NCBI RefSeq assembly: GCF_006345805.1
Contig: NC_043001.1
Span: 70,866,001-70,930,000 of the forward strand
Direction of reading: 5' to 3'
DNA from: Octopus sinensis
Lineage: Eukaryota
Length of the DNA stretch: 64,000 nucleotides
Shown here: piece by piece, positions 26,180-38,924 of the stretch
Position numbering within the stretch: the first letter of the stretch is position 1
Layout: each line of letters opens with the position of its first letter
The notes under the pieces: generated by a model
The model's input: only the letters and a program-made list of their open reading frames with translations
What the model was told of the DNA's origin: nothing
Databases searched by the model: none
Program-made: the position numbers and the translations under genes

Positions 26180-26640
26180 CACAATGCACTACCATGCACC
26201 TGCCGCCCTGGGAGCGTATGCCCTCTACAAACCCGTTGAGAAGGTCTAATGTAATTTACAAATGCACCGTCCTCAACACACTACACAATCCCACAAGCAT
26301 ATATAGAGGGTCAACAATAAACTTTACACAGAGATACTCTGCACATCTCAATTCTTTTAGATATTAGTAACACAGTGAATCCACAACCCTTACCAATTAC
26401 ATATACCGTCTTAAAACTAGCAATATTCCAAATAACTTATCATGGTCCATAATAAATTCAGAACTTCCATACCAGGGTCGAGGCTCAGCCTGTAAGCTAT
26501 GCCTGAAAGATGTATTACGTATATTAGAACATAATTCATTACTATTCCAAAATATGTACAATGAAGCTTTAGGTATATGCAACCACCACTTTTTCCATAC
26601 TTTCAAATTCTACCACAGATCTAAATGCAACATAAATCAC
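26180..26640 (+). mobile_element. Penelope-like GIY-YIG endonuclease 3' fragment
   Basis: NVIYKCTV, IYRGST..FTQRYSAH, CKLCLK. Confidence 0.65.
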
Positions 26641-26755
26641 CACACATTACATATACCGAATACCCCTAGGTAATTTCGAACAACCTTATCTGCTTTTCAT
26701 ATTTCTTAATTTTTTAAATTTTTTACCTGTTTTATATTTTATATATATATATATA

Positions 26756-26917
26756 GGCGCAGGAGTGGCTGTGTGGTAAGTACCTTGCTAACCAACCACA
26801 TGGTTCTAGGTTCAGTCCCACTGCGTGGCATCTTGGGCAAGTGTCTTCTGCTATAGCCCCGGGCCGACCAATGCCTTGTGAGTGGATTTGGTAGACGGAA
26901 ACTGAAAGAAGCCTGTC

Positions 26918-26983
<66 letters not shown>

Positions 26984-27201
26984 TTGTGTGTCTGTGTTTG
27001 TTCCCCTAGCATTGCTTGACAACCGATGCTGGTATGTTTACGTCCCCGTCACTTAGCGATTCGGCAAAAAAGACCGATAGAATAAGTACTGGGCTTACAA
27101 AAAGAATAAGTCCCGGGGTCGAGTTGCTCGACTAAAGGCGGTGCTCCAGCATGGCCGCAGTCAAATGACTGAAACAAGTAAAAGAGTAAAAGAGAAAAGA
27201 G

Positions 27202-27203
<2 letters not shown>
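26756..27203 (+). mobile_element. Full-length octopus SINE (OK/CORE-like)
   Basis: A/B-box-like head, ttgggcaagtg CORE-like segment, internal (TA)/(TG)n, gtaaaaga tail. Confidence 0.9.
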
Positions 27204-27248
<45 letters not shown>

Positions 27249-27291
27249 GCGTGAGTATAGGAGCCTATATCCGTGTGCGTATATACACATA

Positions 27292-28587
27292 CAGGGTTTG
27301 AACAAAATAATGAAAACACCTAGCTTCAGAGCATCATATCTATAATATATATATAAAACCATCAAAAGCTTGTTTATTTTTATGGTTTTGATTGATTATT
27401 AGTGTTGCTGAATATGTTTTGCTAAAATTGCTGTTTCTTTTCAGACATTATCAGAAAAGGTAATTAAAATTCATTAAAATGACAGAGCCATCGCACTTTC
27501 AAAGAGCTGAAATTGTTGGTGTTCGTATGACAGGCGTTAACGTAACGAGAACCGGAATATTAGGTGCATCAAGAAGTACTGTCTCGAAAGTAATGACAGC
27601 TTTTGAGAAAGAGTTAAACAAAACTCCGGAAGAAAATTAAACTTTCAGATAGGGAGCGTCGAAACAAAACTCCGGAAGAAAACCAAAACTTTCAGATAGA
27701 GTCTGTCGGACTCTTACGTGAATTGTTAGAAAAGATCACAAAAGTACTCTTCCTAAAATTACTGCAAAGCTCAATGACCACCTCGGGAACCCAGTTTGTA
27801 CAAAAACTGTTAGCCGGAAGCTGCACAAACCCGGATTCCATGGGAGGGCTGCAATCAGAAAACCACTACTTTCAAATACAAACGTTGAAAAGCATTTAGA
27901 GTGGAGTAAAAACCTACAGAATTGGTCCCTAGAGCAGAAGAAAGATGTAATTTTCCCGGACTAGTCGTCATTTACCTTATTTCCAACCACCGGCCGAGTA
28001 TGCGTATGGAGATAGCCAGAAGGAGCATTTGACCCAGACTACCTTCTTCCAACTGTCAAACCTGTAGGAGGTTCCGTGATGACCTGTGGGGCTATATCTT
28101 GAAAATCCACCGGACCAGTGGTTTCCTTCATGGCAGAATTAATAGTCAATACTATTTAAGCATTTTATCGTATTAAATTCAGCCTATGATTGCGGAACTG
28201 TTTCCGGAGGGAAACGCAATCGTTCAGGATGATAATGCACCAATTCACACGGCTAAAATTGTTACTGAATGGCATGAGGAACATTGTAGTGAAGTTGAAC
28301 ATCTTATCTGGCCACCACAGTCCCCGGATCTCAATATTATTGAACATTTATGGTGTATTTTAGAAAAGCAAGTAAGGAGTCGATATTCTTCACCATCATC
28401 ACTACAAGAACTGGAGACTGTTTTAGCTGAAGAATGAATAAAAATTCCTTTGAAACAATTCAAACTTTGTACGAGTCTATAGCTCGTAGAATTCAAGCTG
28501 TAATTACTGCCAGAGGCGGTCCTACCCCATATTAAAATTAATTTGTTTGAAATTTTAAGAGGTTTCCATTATTTTGATCAACCCCTG
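27292..28587 (+). mobile_element. Tc1-family DNA transposon, full length, inactivated
   Basis: ~30-bp TIRs cagggtttgaacaaaataatg / cattattttgatcaacccctg; QDDNAPIH and WPPQSPDLNIIE (DD34E); broken transposase ~27479-28535 with a ~44-bp internal duplication. Confidence 0.92.
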
Positions 28588-30382
28588 TGTAAATGTTTAT
28601 GTGTGTGCATATGCGTATACCTATATGCATAATTTTCTTTTTCTCTCTGATTTATCAGACACCACTATCACTTTATTTAGTACAATGTCTGACATCTTAT
28701 AAATGCCTACGTCTATTTTTAGGAACTTGACCATTATATCTCCATATTCAGACTTTAATTCCTACCACTTTCCCTTCTTTCGCGAGGTTCACTACTCAAT
28801 TTTAAACCCCCTCTGTACCACATTCTTTATCTATCTCTCCACATTAGTGCTTTTTCAAGCATATCCCCACCTCCAAACTTTTACACATGACATACTTACA
28901 TTCTTATCTCTTCTTTCCTTCTCTCCCCTATTCCTTTTATCTACTGATAGCTCTCCACTCCTCACCCCCTCACAATATTTTGACCAGCTTTTAGCACTCC
29001 CTTTTCCTTTTTTCTTTCTCTTTTCATTTTCCTCCCTTAATCCTTTTGACCAATACCATTTTGCTTCCTTCTAACATTTTTACATATTCTCTTCTCCCTA
29101 TCTACTTCCCCTGCCAGTATAGTCTCAAAATTTCATTTACACTACAAGATCCTTTTGAATGAATGAATAACACATGGAATTAATATCTGCACACAGTCCA
29201 TTTGAAATAACAACATATGAACACCTATCGGAATTTACGCAACATGGACAAAAAGCTTCTTTATCCATTCTACACACCACAACCCTTGGTCTTATCTTAT
29301 TTTATTTAACGTATACACGCTCACCCCCCACCCCCCGCCTAAGACTCATCACTCATACTATTATGGACCGGGAGTTTAACAGCGGTCCTTCCGTAGCACT
29401 TACGTAGCATTACCAGCCTTTTGGATCTTCTGGATACTAAAACCTCGGACAATGTTCATTAAATTTTCGATCTTTCCATTTGCAATTTACCTGTACAATG
29501 TTATCCAGCTGTCTGTTGGAGAAAATTAATAACTATTTCCCAGCATCTAGATTTATTTTAATATTTAATGCCACAATAACTTCCCTTCATATTACTTAAA
29601 TTACTTCATTAAATAAAAGGCATAATCATTTCTATTGTTGCCATTAAAGTTGTTGTGTTCCTTGCTGATATTTAATTGTAGAATAAATAAATACGTGTCA
29701 TCCATATAATTATCAGCATGAGTGGTTTGCTTTTTCTCTGAACTTAAAACAAAGCAGCAGTTTTTCTGATAAATGAATTTTTAATTTATCTTCAATAATT
29801 ATACACAATACAAGATAGTTATTGTTCAATAAAGTTTAGCTTGTCTTCTTTATTAGAAAAAATAATAAAATTCGTAAACTCATTAGGATTTGATTATTAT
29901 TCTCTAGTAATTTCTCCCATAGAACAGTACGTAGCACGTTTTGAAAGAGAAAATATTTCTACACCGTATTTAATTTCCATACAATTCTCTCATTTGCAAC
30001 AACTATTGCATTGATGAATATGCATAGATATAACAGCATGTGCTTTTTTAGTGAAATTTAAGTTCGCTTTAGCATTTTTAAGATGGTGAACATCAAATAT
30101 GATAAATAAGTTAAACACCGATAAATAATCTGAGAGGAAAATTCAAATTTAATCGTAAAAATATGAATGAATATTACTAAACTGCAATGTGCACTGAGAC
30201 GAGCGAAAATCAAAACAATGATGTACAATACTTATACTTTCTTAATATGTTCCGGTAATTCGAACGTAAATAGAGTAATCGCTGTTCTATATTCTTTACC
30301 TTCTCCTTACAGTTCATGTATGTTTGCTGATATAAGTAACTGTGCGAAACAGCAGTGTTTCGACTAATTTGTGCCTTTTCAG

Positions 30383-30464
30383 TCAAATTTACCACGGATC
30401 AACAAATCTAAATAAGAAATTTTGGCACTTGCTTATGGAAATCAGCAAAACTTTATTTGCTGAT
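30383..30464 (+). CDS. Candidate exon (QIYHGSTNLNKKFWHLLMEISKTLFAD)
   Basis: ctaat branch + ttttcag acceptor; donor gtatgc; phase-compatible with 25177-25315. Confidence 0.22.
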
Positions 30465-30792
30465 GTATGCTGATATCTGCCAAATCATCATGCAAACGAT
30501 GAACAAAAATGAATGAAACAATAAAGAACATATTGATTCTTAAATAATTTTTAAAATTCAATATGCTAACACTGCTCTATTTAGCCTACATAATACAATG
30601 ACAATTATTCCTTTCATCTAAGGAAAAAAAACTCTTGGAGATGCGTTGCGTGGTATATAACTCTACCGATATATAGTATCCTTTACAATCAAACTATTAG
30701 TGATTTTTTGGTAATTCTCTATTAAATTGATATTTATCTCTCACTGGACGGAGTATTTTTCTGTTGATTCTATTTATATTGAATCTGAGAGC

Positions 30793-30823
<31 letters not shown>

Positions 30824-30879
30824 CCACACATACATATACAGACACAAATACACACACATACATATATTTGCCTTTGTGT

Positions 30880-31060
30880 CTGTCTCTTCCCTTCTTCACT
30901 GCTTTACAACAGTTGGGGTGTATACGTCCCCGTAACGTAGCGGTTCGGCAAGAGTGACGATAGTATAAGTACGAGGCTTAACATAAAATAACTACTGGGG
31001 CGATTAATTCGACTAAAAACTACTTCAAGGTATGTCTGCAGTCTAACGACTGAATAACAG
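30880..31060 (+). mobile_element. Degenerate SINE 3' part
   Basis: ccccgtaacgtagcggttcggcaa...gcagtctaacgactgaa. Confidence 0.55.
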
Positions 31061-31072
31061 ATGATTATATAT

Positions 31073-31117
<45 letters not shown>

Positions 31118-31372
31118 CAATTAAGGACAACTACTTAATAAGGAAAACTTAAGAAATTGTCAGGTAGATAGCGTAAAAACCTCATAAGAGAAAAAATTTC
31201 GAAAATAATTAATTCTTATTGAACATATTTATATATAGAGGGCATTATACATACATGCCAGAAGGCATTATACATACATGCCAAACGCTAAGAGGGACAA
31301 TCAGTCATTTCTACCAAAAATATTACTAATCCCACCGAATGCAATTTTTCAAAGTAAGACATTTAAAAATAT

Positions 31373-31420
31373 AGACCTGTATCACAGTGATTTCATACTT
31401 ACGTAATCATCAGCAGGCCT
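31373..31420 (-). ncRNA. Type I hammerhead ribozyme, family A copy 1
   Basis: Reverse complement of 31932-31979. Confidence 0.75.
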
Positions 31421-31851
31421 GAATGTATTATAAATAAACAACGACCCTGCCCCGCTTAAGCCGATCAGCTAACTGATCAACATCAACGAAGCACATGGGT
31501 GAGTTTACATATATTACATCCGGGTAAATGGCAAACTTTTACGAATTGAATTTCGGGAGAGGAGAAGTTTTTTCGGAATAAAAATTTAGCAATTAAGGAC
31601 AACTACTTAATAAGGAAAACTTAACAAGAAATTGTCAGGTAGATAGCGGAAAAACCTCATAAGAGAAAAAATTTCGAAGATAATTATTTCTTATTGAACA
31701 TATTAATTTATATATAGAGGGCATTATACATACATGCCAGAAGGCATTATACATACATGCCAAACGCTAAGAGGGACAATCAGTCATTTCTACCAAAAAT
31801 ATTACTAATCCCACCGAATGCAATTTTTCAAAGTAAGACATTTAAAAATAT

Positions 31852-31899
31852 AGACCTGTATCACAGTGATTTCATACTTACGTAATCATCAGCAGGCCT
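31852..31899 (-). ncRNA. Type I hammerhead ribozyme, family A copy 2
   Basis: Reverse complement of 31932-31979. Confidence 0.75.
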
Positions 31900-31931
31900 G
31901 AATGTATTATTTGTTTATTTATAATACATTC

Positions 31932-31979
31932 AGGCCTGCTGATGATTACGTAAGTATGAAATCACTGTGATACAGGTCT
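31932..31979 (+). ncRNA. Type I hammerhead ribozyme, family A copy 3
   Basis: AGGCCTG CTGATGA T-TAC-GTAA-GTA-T GAAA TCAC-T-GTGA TA^ CAGGTCT: 7-bp stem I, intact core, palindromic stem III. Confidence 0.78.
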
Positions 31980-32410
31980 ATATTTTTAAATGTCTTACTT
32001 TGAAAAATTGCATTCGGTGGGATTAGTAATATTTTTGGTAGAAATGACTGATTGTCCCTCTTAGCGTTTGGCATGTATGTATAATGCCTTCTGGCATGTA
32101 TGTATAATGCCCTCTATATATAAATTAATATGTTCAATAAGAAATAATTATTTTCGAAATTTTTTCTCTCATGAGGTTTTTACGCTATCTACCTGACAAT
32201 TTCTTGTTAAGTTTTCCTTATTAAGTAGTTGTCCTTAATTGCTAAATTTTTATTCCGAAAAAACTTCTCCTCTCCCGAAATTCAATTCGTAAAAGTTTGC
32301 CATTTACCCGGATGTAATATATGTAAACTCACCCATGTGCTTCGTTGATGTTGATCAGTTAGCTGATCGGCTTAAGCGGGGCAGGGTCGTTGTTTATTTA
32401 TAATACATTC

Positions 32411-32458
32411 AGGCCTGCTGATGATTACGTAAGTATGAAATCACTGTGATACAGGTCT
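32411..32458 (+). ncRNA. Type I hammerhead ribozyme, family A copy 4
   Basis: Identical to copy 3, 479 nt downstream. Confidence 0.78.
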
Positions 32459-32603
32459 ATATTTTTAAATGTCTTACTTTGAAAAATTGCATTCGGTGGG
32501 ATTAGTAATATTTTTGGTAGAAATGACTGATTGTCCCTCTTAGCGTTTGGCATGTATGTATAATGCCTTCTGGCATGTATGTATAATGCCCTCTATATAT
32601 AAA

Positions 32604-32636
<33 letters not shown>

Positions 32637-32640
32637 TATA

Positions 32641-33902
32641 TCTTGGGTCATGTCATAAATAAAGTGGATTTTTCAATTGCATAAAACTAAAATGCGGAGG
32701 GGGACAGGATAAACTACCTGCGTCAACTTGACATAAAATAGGTAGTAATTTTACTTTCTACTTATTCTTAGTGCAAGCTTTGAAGAGTGCTGTTCGATTT
32801 TAAAAGTTATTTTTTCAAAGCTATAAGGAAAGTAACAAAGGAGCATATTTGGCATATTTTGTTTTATGATTTCAATAAAGGCAACAACGCAACAGAAAGT
32901 GCGAGAAGTATTAAAGCAGTATATTAAAGTAAAGAAATATATATGGGGATGGGACAATAAGCGTATACCAGTATCAACGGTCGTTCCAGAAATTCTGAGT
33001 CGAAAGTTACAGCCTAGAAGACGAGCCTCGTCCTGGAAGATCTGTAGTGTTTGACGAGGACATCCTGAAAACTCTGGTGGAACAAAATCCCATCGTAACT
33101 GTTGAGGAACTAGCAGAGAAGCTTGGATTTTGTCATTCAACCATTCATCGACACATGCGTGCCATCGGAAAAGTCAGCAAATGTTGGTCAAAGGGTTCCT
33201 CGACAATTTTCCGAGTATAATGCCGCGCATAGAGTGAATGTGTTCTCTTCTCTGCCGTTACTCAGGAATAGACCTTTGTGGACCGAATAGTGACTGGTGA
33301 CGAGAAATATCTTCTCTATAAAAATGTGAAGCACTAAAGACAGTGGGTAGGGAAAGGTAAAACACCGGCACCCCAGGATAAAGAAGCTTCCACCCACGTA
33401 AGATGTTGTTATCTGTTTGGTGGGATATGAAAGGTTTAATCCACTTTGGAATTTTAAACCCAAAAGAGAAGATAACAAAAGGGATCTACAGCGACCAGCT
33501 AGAAGAAAACCACCATCTTTGGTTTCAAAACGAAAGATGTTCTTCCATCAGGATAATACTCGGCCACATACAGCGAGGATGACATTCAAAGGCTGGAGCA
33601 GTTTAAATGGGAAATGATGTCCCACCCACCATATTCGCTGGACATTGCCCTATCTGATTAACATTTCTTCCGCAATCTTCAAAAACATTTGGACAGAAAA
33701 AATATGAATTCTGCAGACGAGGTCAGAAAAGTACTGGAAAAAAAATTTTCGTCGTGGACAAGTGAATTTTGGAAGAGGGTCGTTGCAAGTCTACGAGATA
33801 GATGGAACAGCATTGTAGAAAATTAAGGAGAGTATATTTTTGATTAAAAAAGATCTTTGTTTATCTTAATTTTGAAAAATAAAAGCATAAACAACCGCAG
33901 TT
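32641..33902 (+). mobile_element. Decayed mariner transposon
   Basis: EHIWHILFYDFNKGNNA, VTGDEK, WWDMKG, HQDNTRPH, HPPYSLDIALSD; right end cut by a Penelope fragment. Confidence 0.88.
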
Positions 33903-33907
33903 TTTTT

Positions 33908-35830
33908 GAGGGTCTATATAGGGATAACGCCTTATTTTTTCTAGACAGTAGTAGTAAAGTACAGTTAGAAAGGCATAGGAAAAATTTCATTAGACTTTTC
34001 AAAAATTTAAGACTAAATATTACTAAAGGTAAAGATTATCGCAGAGTGAATTTTCTTGACGCTATTTTCTGTCTTGATACTGGATTATTTGAACCATTTC
34101 ATAAGCCAAATGATCATATAAAGTACGTTAAGATAGCTTCCAGCCATCCACCCTAGTTAATATTTCTACAAGAAATATTTTCGAATCTCATGCAACTGAT
34201 TATAATGCTGCTCTAGTTAGGGCTGGGTGCCGTGAAAAAATTCAAAATATACAAGAAGCAGCCATACACAACACAGGTAATTCCTCCAAATGTTTCAATG
34301 CACATTGTATGCCACCACACCGTCACCGTTTGAGAACTCAGATAAAGAATACAGGCCAGAAAGAATTGGTCATATCAATGCACTACCAACCAAAACTCAT
34401 AGACACACGCAACATAATAATTGAACTTCTTGTTCCAATCCTGTATAACACACACGATCAAAGAAGCCTAACAACAGATATAGGAATTAAGATATCTTCT
34501 GGTTCAACTCGATTTTTGGTTGCATGTTTCAACCAAGATCGCTAGAAAATGTGTTGCTGCTTTGAACAAGAGTTTTCCGAAACCTAATCGGTATCGTTAT
34601 TTTTAATCGACGCACCGTGAAGGTATCCTACGCCAACTCTGCTAATTTAGAGCAGCTTATGCATCATATAAACAATAGCAAAATGCGGCAAAGCTTCAAT
34701 AACCCACCTACGGGATATAGCGAACATTTGCATCGCAATACCAACTAAGGAGATGTAAACCACATTGATTAACACCAACTACAACTAATTTGTAGTAGTA
34801 AAAATACTTATAATACAGCTAGTACAGTAACAACGCCGGTAAATGAAGTCGGGACTGCCTTATATACAAATAAATACGGTGAATGAACATGCAGAGAAAA
34901 ATCAAAATGTCCTTTGATGAAACTCTGTATGAGTACAAATCTAGTAAATAAATGTACCGCGCACACAAGGGGAGGGCCATATGTTTACATAGATGGCTGA
35001 TACACTTAAGAATCATTATCGTAACCATGTTGCCACCTTTAAGACAATCATTAGCAGACATTCAACATCTTTGGCAGATTTTGTATGGCGACTAAAGGAG
35101 GATAAAACGAAGTACAGCATTAATTGGTCCATAGTAAGGTATGCGAAACCATACAATATAATTACCAGGAGATGCCGTCTCTGTTCCAAGGAATTCCCTG
35201 TCTATTCTGTGGACTAACGAGGAGATAATCAGTAGAATTTCTGAACGACTCTCGAGATGCTACGCGCATATAAATGTACTTTCACACAATGCAGTGAGAA
35301 TGAATTTTGAGTAACCGATAACTTAACTTAACTTACTTTAAGGTATGGATGACTTAAGTTTATTTTTAACCTCCCCGTTCTTATAAACACCAAGTAGATA
35401 GCTAACTAGCTTTGTGATCATGAGTGCATCAAACTTCACGTGTGCGTATGTTCTCATTTGTGCGGATTCTTGTATGAACGAGTGCACTCCCGCCATGCAG
35501 CTTGCCTGAGGGCGTTTATACATCCACATCTGTTAACGGTTATTTTAAATACTTTTCTCGCTGGATTGCGCCGGTTCATTTCTCTTTTTACCATCTGTGA
35601 TTTTATTTTTGATCTTTTATATAAATAAAGATATTTCCTCCGTCTGGCTGCTGTTCTCTCAACAAAACGGAAAATTACATTGCGGAACAGTCATTTTAAC
35701 GAGTTGTATTTATTTCTCACCCTACGAGATACATCGGCACCTCCGGATGCTCCTGATCAAGTTGTTAAGTGTCCCAACAGAGAGGAATCGTTGCTAAATG
35801 TGTCGAAACAATTGTCGTGATTAACCATAA
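33908..35830 (+). mobile_element. 5'-truncated Penelope-like element (RT C-terminal half + GIY-YIG + 3' repeat)
   Basis: GLYRDNA (catalytic YRDD decayed), VNFLD, KPNDHIKYV..SSHPP, HSTSLADFVW..NWSIV..KPY..CRLC. Confidence 0.85.
35717..35820 (+). ncRNA. Decayed hammerhead with a long stem II insert
   Basis: TCAC CCTACGA GATACAT...ATGTGTC GAAA CAATTG TC GTGA; two core mismatches. Confidence 0.35.
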
Positions 35831-35864
35831 ATTTTCGTATATTCCATCTTCTGTCTTTCATTTG

Positions 35865-35919
<55 letters not shown>

Positions 35920-36082
35920 CATGTATGTATGTATGTCATAACATTTAAGACTTCGTTGCTTATAGGTAAGCTAGGGATTATCCAGAAGGGCAGGCAGTAC
36001 TTATTATCGCGATATATGTGTATATGTGTAAGTGAGATTGTGTGAGCGTGCGTGTGTGCTTGTACGTATGCATGTGAGTGTA

Positions 36083-36128
<46 letters not shown>

Positions 36129-36301
36129 CGTGTGTTTGTGTGAGTGTATTGTGTGTGTGTGTGTGCGTGTGTGTACATGAAAGATTCTTAATGCTATAGT
36201 GATCTTTAAGGCTTGGTTGTTTTTAAAGTAGGGAATATCTAGAGGGAAAGATAGGTTTTTATTATTACAAGACCTGAGAAACACAGCACTGAAAGTATTT
36301 A

Positions 36302-37593
36302 CGAGGGGCGTTCAATAAGTAATGCCCCTGACCCACTTCCCATAGCAGTAGAGCAACGAAACTTGGCACAGTTATTAGTCTTTTACTACATAGGAACCAC
36401 CCAGAGTTACGAATTTCTCCCATTGTTTGATGCAGCTCTGGAGACCGTTTTTGTAGAAGACCCCAGCTTGGTCCTCCAACCACGACGTGACTTCAGAAAT
36501 CAAGGCTGCATCATCTGGGAAACGCTTTCCTTTCAAAAACAACTTCATGGCTGGGAAGAGGTGAAAATCAGAGGGTGCAACGTCAGGAGAGTAGGGGGAT
36601 GGGAGAGGAGTTCATAGCCGCACGCCTGTGCTTCTGATCAGGCGACAAGCGAGTTGTGGACCGGAGCGTTGTCCTGCAGGAGGAGGATGCCTTTGCTGAT
36701 CTTGCCCCGCCTCTTGATTTTGATAGCTTCTCTCAATTTCCTCAAAAGTGAAGCATAATAGTCTCCTGTAATTGTGGTACCCTTTGCCAGGAAATCTGTC
36801 ATCACTACTCCGTCCTGGTCCCAGAAGACTGTGAGCATGACCTTGCCAGTGGAGGGCTGCACCCTTGCCTTCTTTAGAGGAGGTGAGTCACGGTGCTTCC
36901 ACTGCATTGACTGGGCTTTGGTCTCTGGATCATAGTGATGGACCCAGGTTTCATCCTGTGTAATCAGTCTTTTGAAAAATTTTGTCTCATCTTCTTGGCA
37001 CATCTTCAAATTCATCCTCGAGCACTCGACGCGTTCTTGCTTCTGGAAAGGTGTGAGCAACTTGGGAATCCATTTGGCAGACACCTTTTGCATATGCAAA
37101 TGGTCATGAATGATAGCTTCCACAGACCCGGTACTAATCTTGACCTCATGAGCTATTTGGCGAATAGTTATGCGTCGATCTTTCAAAATGGCAGCCTCAA
37201 CTTGACAGACAGATGCTTCATCAATGGCAGAAGGGGGGCGACCAGACCTGGGAGCTGTTTCCACAGAGTTCCGACCATGTTTGAATTCACAATGCCAGCG
37301 TTTTACATGGTCATATGATGGGGCATCATCACCATAAGTTACTTTCATTTCATCAAAAGTCTCCCGCGGTGTGCGTCCTTTTAAATACAAAAACCGGACC
37401 ACTGCTCGACACTCAAGAGGCTCCATTTCACACTTGACTCAGTTCAAACACATGTAAATCAGAAACCAAAATTAGTTCAGAGCTGTAATTTGTTACTTAA
37501 TCTATAGAGATATAACTAATTGCACATGCAAAATTTCAGCTAGATCAAACAATTACAAGTGGGTCAGAGGTATTACTTATTGAACGCCCCTCG
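36302..37593 (-). mobile_element. Young full-length mariner (DD34D), 1292 bp, TA TSD
   Basis: TIRs cgaggggcgttcaataagtaat / attacttattgaacgcccctcg; TA at 36300-36301 and 37594-37595. Confidence 0.96.
36375..37426 (-). pseudogene. Mariner transposase with one nonsense codon (36638) and a 1-bp deletion (~36595)
   Basis: TQDETWVH, QDNAPVH, HPPYSPD..PSDFHLF. Confidence 0.93.
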
Positions 37594-37715
37594 TAGTTAT
37601 TAGAATTCATCATAACATTACATGTCAGTACGTTGGATGAGTGAATCAGTGAACAGATACACAATATTTTACTGTGTAAGTGAAAAATTAACGTATTTTC
37701 CAAGCTAATCTCCAG

Positions 37716-37783
37716 AGTTAATCCCTCAGAGATGTCACCTGCAGAAACAATAACACTGAAGTTTGCTTTAATTATTGAATGTA
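37716..37783 (+). CDS. Candidate exon (VNPSEMSPAETITLKFALIIEC)
   Basis: ctaat..ccag acceptor, gtgagt donor, open frame. Confidence 0.2.
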
Positions 37784-38277
37784 GTGAGTGTTAAGACTAA
37801 TTAAGTATACTTGTTTTATGGAGGATAGCGTTAGCAAAACGACTAATATGTATTTTCATTCTTTTGGTTCGTTAACTTAATAAATATGCTCAAAGAAATT
37901 AATAGGCTAACAACACTAATCCAAGGATTATAACAAACATTTCTCTTTCAGAAGTCTTGTCACTATTATACGATAAACATTTCATTAAACCGTAATTGTT
38001 GGTTTGTAAAGCATTGTTTCTTAATAACGCGGTAATCTTTATGAATATATTCGAATTCCATGTGTGATTAAATAAGGACTACACTAGAACTTCTGTTTGT
38101 ACAGGGAATAGGCGGAATCTTTAAAGTTATAAGAAAATTGTTATTGCTATTTATGCGACGGCCCACTGTCTTCTAGATTCAAATTCTGCTGACGTCTACC
38201 TTAACTATCTTCCTCATAGTTTCATTCAATATAAGTCCCGGCGTAACATGAATTTTTCTTTTGCTCTAACACGCTAG

Positions 38278-38327
38278 GTTGTACCTGTATTTAGAAAATC
38301 CAGCCATGTTAAATTGTGTCACAATAG
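38278..38327 (+). CDS. Candidate 50-nt exon
   Basis: Polypyrimidine tract + ctaac + tag acceptor; AG|gtaagc donor; two open frames. Confidence 0.28.
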
Positions 38328-38924
38328 GTAAGCCCCCAAATTTTATTAAGTGTACTAAGTTTTGTGGAATGTTCAGTCTCACCTTATAGGTAAGCTAGGG
38401 ATTATCCAGAAGGGCAGGCAAATTACAAGAGTGAACTACATTCATTGAGCAACTGAATGCCCAATGTTGATAATGATGTAAAATACCCATTTATACAGAA
38501 GGATTTCTGACAAGGAATATCATAACAAAACAACATGTAGAAAATATATTTTTCCTTTACAAATCGATTCGATGTTTTATACGGATGTTCTGCGGACTTT
38601 GTATCTCTGGTGAGACAGAAAGTGCATTCCAGAAGTTTTGAACCTGTTTTTTAGAGAGGGGTAGTTATACCTGTCCTAAATTGTTGTAAGTTTCGTATTG
38701 TTGTAATGTATATCATTACTATACATAAAATAAGTTAAGCCTCCAGCTTTTTTTATTCCTGATTGAAGAAAACTATTGAATCAACATTTTGAACACACCT
38801 ACTAAGCACTGCTTATCACAACAGATGAGTGTGCAGAATGCAGTGAGGACGTGAAGACAAATTGGAAGCTTAAAATTCAATAAAATTTTATGCCAAACTG
38901 GGCAAAAGTGCTGGGACAATCCGG

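Larger units (their letters stand above)
31117..32605. mobile_element. Tandem + inverted array of a 479-bp hammerhead-containing unit (retrozyme or Penelope pLTR-like)
   Basis: Two tandem units 31117-31910, inversion at 31910/31911, two reverse-complement units to ~32605; (TA)n on both sides. Confidence 0.88.

Noticed and set aside
29415-29465. CTGGATA...GGACAATGTTC possible decayed hammerhead
   Set aside because: Too many mismatches to support
36935-37318. 127-aa plus-strand ORF, and similar antisense ORFs over the LINEs
   Set aside because: Antisense shadows of transposase or RT coding sequence
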